Below are positions 59,722-64,000 of a DNA stretch of 64,000 nt, piece by piece; the first letter of the stretch is position 1; each line of letters begins with the position of its first letter. A program made the position numbers and the translations under genes. The notes below the pieces were generated by a model. The model was not told the DNA's origin. It ran no database searches and was given only the letters and a program-made list of their open reading frames with translations. Origin of the DNA: Candidatus Pacearchaeota archaeon (GTDB lineage: Archaea; Nanobdellota; Nanobdellia; Pacearchaeales; GW2011-AR1); contig JAGVXH010000005.1 in NCBI GenBank assembly GCA_018303845.1, positions 6,665 through 70,664 on the forward strand, given 5' to 3'.

Positions 59722-60033
59722 TTATTTATTTTGCAATATACCCAATAATCCCCTAGAAGAAGAAAAGCTATCTAAATATCTCTTATAAAATCCAGGGTCA
59801 TTTTCCTTAACTAACATCTTCAGTCCATTTCCTCTTTCCGCCAACTTAATAACCCCAAGATCAAGACCCTTATTGTCCCCATAATCAAGTCGCCTAAAAC
59901 AATAATAGCACTTATTATTTTTCTTATCAGGATACACATGTCCTTTTTCGTCACATTCGTCATGTCTCTGTTTAAGCACAGGATTATACTCCATCATTCT
60001 AGAAATCATCACTCTCTGAATAATATTTACCAC
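59722..60033 (-). CDS. Hypothetical protein with a C..H..CxxC motif
   Basis: ECDEKGH...KCYYC. Confidence 0.55.
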   Translation of the reverse strand: MVNIIQRVMISRMMEYNPVLKQRHDECDEKGHVYPDKKNNKCYYCFRRLDYGDNKGLDLGVIKLAERGNGLKMLVKENDPGFYKRYLDSFSSSRGLLGILQNK

Positions 60034-60083
60034 ATCCTAAACAAAACCTCTAATATTATAAAGATTTAGCTATTCCACTAACC

Positions 60084-60755
60084 ATGAAACAAATAGAAAA
60101 CATTTTCTCAAAAACAAAAACAAAATCAGAAGCCATCTGCCCAAATCCAAAAACCCCAATCATAATCGATAAGCGCGAAAACAATTCCCTAATCAAAGCC
60201 AACCTTATAGAACAAAAAGCAAATATCCAAGAAGAAATCCTAGAAATCGGAGACTACCTAATTAACGACACAATCCTAGAAAGAAAAACATACAAAGACT
60301 TCACAGCCTCGATAATAGACAAACGCCTCTTTAATCAAATCCACCAAATGAAAAAATACCCAAATCATTTCCTAATTCTAGAAGGCTTCGACTTCACCTA
60401 CAAATCCTCACTTCACCCAAACGCAATCCGCGGAGCAATCCTTTCAACCGCAAGCCAAATCCCAATTATCTACACAGAAAACGAATCCGACACCGCAAAA
60501 TTCCTAATCACAATCGCCAGACGCCAAGAAAAAGAAAATCAAAACTACAGCCTAAGGCAGACAAAATCCAACCTAACAAAAGAAGAACAAAAACAATTTA
60601 TCCTAGAAGGCTTCCCAGGAATCGGCCCGACCTCAGCACAAAATCTTTTACAAGAATTCAAATCCTTAAAAAAAATATTTGGAGCGACAAAAGAAGAATT
60701 AAAAAAAACCCTAGACGAAAACAAAATAGAAAAATTTCTATCAACCTTGAATTAA
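60084..60755 (+). CDS. ERCC4/XPF-family endonuclease with HhH (nuclease half of Hef)
   Basis: IIIDKRE, GDY, ERKT..DF..SIID.RL..Q, FPGIGP. Confidence 0.93.
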   Translation: MKQIENIFSKTKTKSEAICPNPKTPIIIDKRENNSLIKANLIEQKANIQEEILEIGDYLINDTILERKTYKDFTASIIDKRLFNQIHQMKKYPNHFLILEGFDFTYKSSLHPNAIRGAILSTASQIPIIYTENESDTAKFLITIARRQEKENQNYSLRQTKSNLTKEEQKQFILEGFPGIGPTSAQNLLQEFKSLKKIFGATKEELKKTLDENKIEKFLSTLN

Positions 60756-60974
60756 TTCATCAAAAATTTTATCCTGTAAATCACTAGGAAACTCCCCAAA
60801 AAACCTACCGCCATGATATACGACACCCCTAACATTTTCAATAATCTTTTTAACGTAAACACCCTCTTCAGAGCCATTATACTTCTTTGCCAAATCCTCT
60901 ATCCCAGACATACCACGAGAACGATAAACAGAAGAAGCCTTTTCAATGATTTCCCTAATCTCATAACTTTCCAT
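60741..60974 (-). CDS. Hypothetical protein
   Basis: ATG preceded by GGAGG and a TTTATAA box. Confidence 0.55.
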   Translation of the reverse strand: MESYEIREIIEKASSVYRSRGMSGIEDLAKKYNGSEEGVYVKKIIENVRGVVYHGGRFFGEFPSDLQDKIFDELIQG

Positions 60975-61103
60975 CTCCTCCTCCTAATACACTTCCCTTA
61001 TAAAAATTCCTGCTCCCAAAAACCCCAAATTCCAAACCAATAATCATATAAAGCTACAAAATCTTTTTAGTCTATATTTCTCCATACCTTTACAAAAATA
61101 AAA

Positions 61104-62300
61104 TTACGAACTCAAACTAAAAGAAGCAAATTCCGTCTTACTTGCTAATTTTCTAATATCGTCAAGTGTAACTTCATTAATTTTCTTTTCATAATCATAA
61201 TACTCTTCAACTTTACCACGAACCTCTGACATAACTAAATTAACAGCAGTCTCACTTGAACCTTCAGACTCAACTTTCCTGTTTCCTACAACTTGCACCT
61301 TAGCTTCATCTAACTCTTTCTGCGTCAAATTCTTCATCTTAGAAAATTCTTCCAAACAAATCTTTTTTACTTCTTCAACCTTAGAAGAATCGGTGCCAGC
61401 CCAAATCACCATATAACCAAAATCTCGTCCACTATCAAAATCACTTTTAATACCATAAACTAATCCCCTCTTCTCTCGAACCTCACTAAAAAGTTTACTA
61501 CTCATCCCCTGCCCCAAAATCGCAGAAAAAACCTCTGCCGCATAATTTCCCCTATCTCCAGCCTTAGGAAAATGAAAACCAAGTGCAACATTTGCCTGCT
61601 CAAGTCCCTCTCTTTTTTCATCATCGCGAATATTTCTCAAAGTAATTTTCGGCATCTTCAATTTCAAACTTTTAATTTTGGAATTTGGACTCAAGCTTTT
61701 CGCAAAAGAAATTATATCTTTAAATTCATTATTGCCGACAACACAAAGTATAGAATTCTCGAGGACATAAACCTCATCGTGCTTTTCCTTCAATCTATCC
61801 CTCGTCATCCTTCGAACAACCTCCTGTCTTCCTGCAGCAAAAATCCCAAACGGCTCATTATATAAATTACTCTGTATTCTCTCAAGCGTATGCCTCATGG
61901 GATTATCGCGATGCATCTTAATTTCCTCACAAATAACACTCGCCTCTTTCTCAACATCTTCCTCTGGAAAAATAGGATTAAAGAAAACATCAAACATAAC
62001 ATCCATTGCGACATCTAAATGTTTAGATGGAAGCTTGGCATAATAAGCCGTAATCTCCTCATGTGTAAATGCGTTAATCTCTCCTCCCAAACTTTCTATT
62101 TCAAAAACAATCTCTCTAGTACCTCGAGTAGGTGTCCCCTTGAAACACAAATGTTCAATAAAATGCGCCATCCCCTTCTCCTCAGCAGAATCATAGCCAG
62201 AACCATACCGAACTGCAAGCATCACCGTAGTCACATCAACATCTCGCTTCTCAAATAAAACAGTCAACCCATTAGCCAAAACCTTCTTCTGAAACTTCAT
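61104..62300 (-). CDS. M16 family zinc peptidase
   Basis: GMAHFIEHLCFKGT (HxxEH), NAFT, SSKLFSEVREKRGLVY. Confidence 0.95.
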   Translation of the reverse strand: MKFQKKVLANGLTVLFEKRDVDVTTVMLAVRYGSGYDSAEEKGMAHFIEHLCFKGTPTRGTREIVFEIESLGGEINAFTHEEITAYYAKLPSKHLDVAMDVMFDVFFNPIFPEEDVEKEASVICEEIKMHRDNPMRHTLERIQSNLYNEPFGIFAAGRQEVVRRMTRDRLKEKHDEVYVLENSILCVVGNNEFKDIISFAKSLSPNSKIKSLKLKMPKITLRNIRDDEKREGLEQANVALGFHFPKAGDRGNYAAEVFSAILGQGMSSKLFSEVREKRGLVYGIKSDFDSGRDFGYMVIWAGTDSSKVEEVKKICLEEFSKMKNLTQKELDEAKVQVVGNRKVESEGSSETAVNLVMSEVRGKVEEYYDYEKKINEVTLDDIRKLASKTEFASFSLSS

Positions 62301-62334
62301 GACAACAAAAATCCCAATTAACTTATATAACTTC

Positions 62335-62553
62335 CTAGTCCTTCAAGTCAGAACAAAAACGACCAAGCGCATCCGTTCTATCTCTAGAATCAGAAAAAGA
62401 AGTAACTCCTTCCCCTTTAGCTAATTTATAAAAATCATCCACGGCATCAACCAAAGGGAAAACAGAAGAAACCACAGAAACAGCCGCAAAAGAATACATA
62501 GAAATCATATAACTATTTTCATTACAAAAACTAAAAATTTCTCCAAGTCCCAT
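62335..62553 (-). CDS. Hypothetical protein
   Basis: Short ORF coupled to the ppaC stop. Confidence 0.4.
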   Translation of the reverse strand: MGLGEIFSFCNENSYMISMYSFAAVSVVSSVFPLVDAVDDFYKLAKGEGVTSFSDSRDRTDALGRFCSDLKD

Positions 62554-63458
62554 TAGCCAAAATATTCCTCCAACTTAGGAATAACTTGCTTCTTCCTAGA
62601 CATCATTCCCTTATACCACCCATCCTTAGACTTCCCAAAAACCTTATCCCTTAAACCCTCTCTCCCAACATAAAGAAGCATTGTTCCCTCTTTCATGATA
62701 TCCGTCAACATCAAAAACACGGCCTCTCTTCCTTCAACCTTTAGTCTTTCCATCTCTTTCAATAACTCTAATCTCTTCCCTTCAACCATTCCCAAATCAA
62801 CAACCTCCAACTGCCCAACCCCAATTCTTTTCCCACCCATCTCAAAATCCTTATAGTCTCTCGCAACTAAATCACGCGCACTCTTCCCTTCAACTTCACT
62901 TTTCACCTTAAACATCTCCATCCCCAAACTCTCCACTTCACCAATACCACAAATTTTAGACAATTCTTTTACAACTCTTTTATCCTCGTCGGTACAAGTC
63001 GGAGATCTAAAAATAACAGTATCACTAAGAATCGCACAAAGCATCAACCCAGCCGTTCCCTTTGAAATCTTCTTCCCATAATAATCAAACAAACCCTTAA
63101 CAACACTAGCGCAACACCCAAGCGGACGAATCAAAACTTCAATCGGAACCTTCGTAGTCACATCACCAAGCTTATGATGGTCCACCAGCCCCACAATCAT
63201 AGCATCCTTCATCCCATCAACCGCCTGTGACAAATCACTATGATCCACCAAAATAACCTCGTCCTTAAGACCAACGCTCTTCAAAACCTTAGGAGCTTTA
63301 ACCCCAAACTTCTCCAAAATAAACTTAGTCTCAGAATTGAGCTCCCCCGCAACTCGAGCCTCCGTCTCAAAACCAAGCAATTTCTTCAATTCCGCAACAG
63401 CAATAGCAGAACAAACCGAATCACTATCCGGACTTTTATGCCCAACAACATATATCAT
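62553..63458 (-). CDS. ppaC: Manganese-dependent (family II) inorganic pyrophosphatase
   Basis: GHKSPDSDS, LVDH, VDHH, ILSDT..FRSPT, SRKKQVIP. Confidence 0.95.
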   Translation of the reverse strand: MIYVVGHKSPDSDSVCSAIAVAELKKLLGFETEARVAGELNSETKFILEKFGVKAPKVLKSVGLKDEVILVDHSDLSQAVDGMKDAMIVGLVDHHKLGDVTTKVPIEVLIRPLGCCASVVKGLFDYYGKKISKGTAGLMLCAILSDTVIFRSPTCTDEDKRVVKELSKICGIGEVESLGMEMFKVKSEVEGKSARDLVARDYKDFEMGGKRIGVGQLEVVDLGMVEGKRLELLKEMERLKVEGREAVFLMLTDIMKEGTMLLYVGREGLRDKVFGKSKDGWYKGMMSRKKQVIPKLEEYFG

Positions 63459-63545
63459 AAAATAACAAAAAAAAATAAACTTAAATATCTTTCTTAAACG
63501 CAAAACAAAACAAATAAAAACCCTAAAAAATGTTATAACTCAAAA

Positions 63546-64000
63546 ATGACATATAGAATATCGGTAATTGGAATAGACGGAGCAGGAAAAAGCACAGTCA
63601 TATCTAAGACTATAGCAAAACTCTCTAACGAATATAAAATATTAAAAACCGGAAGACCAATATATATTGAAGAAGCAGGAAAAAGAACTTACTTTTACGA
63701 AAAAACTACGAAGAAAATAGATGCGATACATCAATACTTCGACAACACAAAATTCAAACCAGGTATTTCCTTTGCAAACGGCCTAAATGTTTTCATACAG
63801 CCGACACTAGAATCAAAAATGATAACATACCACAATCCAGACATAACAATCGCAAGCAGAGATATGACAATTTGCCCAGCAACATATTTAACATTTTATC
63901 ATCCTAATTCAAAAAAATTAACTCAAGCCCAAAGACTAAACCTATTCAATAGATTCAGAAGAATGGGCTATCCAAATCTAATTACATATCTAGACATAAA
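63546..64000 (+). CDS. Thymidylate kinase-like P-loop protein (partial)
   Basis: Manual translation MTYRISVIGIDGAGKST...PNLITYLDI; runs off the window. Confidence 0.7.
   Translation, partial: MTYRISVIGIDGAGKSTVISKTIAKLSNEYKILKTGRPIYIEEAGKRTYFYEKTTKKIDAIHQYFDNTKFKPGISFANGLNVFIQPTLESKMITYHNPDITIASRDMTICPATYLTFYHPNSKKLTQAQRLNLFNRFRRMGYPNLITYLDI

Overview
Chromosomal window of a small-genome archaeon, most likely DPANN (Nanoarchaeota, Pacearchaeales/Woesearchaeales-like); this lineage call is inferred from gene content, not a database search. Housekeeping genes include rpl44e, rps3ae, rps15, rps27e, aIF2-alpha, aEF1-beta, nop10, radA, RPA, GINS, FtsY, SRP54, Bud32, a split Hef, pyrG, guaB, ndk, adk, ppaC and four tRNAs. 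The strongest signal is a surface/secretion system: a minus-strand type IV pilus/Tad-like locus (A24 prepilin peptidase, eight class III signal-peptide proteins, membrane platform, ATPase; ~34.4-52.8 kb) in which one 607-aa pilin-like protein carries an inserted lysozyme-fold domain. A second operon (small ribbon-helix-helix-like gene, 616-aa pilin-like protein, giant >2127-aa secreted protein missed by the ORF track) has a phage T4-type muramidase domain with His at the T4 lysozyme Thr26 position. Together these suggest a pilus-associated apparatus aimed at bacterial peptidoglycan (inference). Also seen: a CDPS-like gene beside tRNA-Val, an ice-binding DUF3494 island splitting the pilus locus, a family of strand-specific cGNAg-loop hairpins, integration scars at ftsY and tRNAs, and frame-preserving tandem-repeat insertions in bud32. 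All family assignments come from manual motif recognition.
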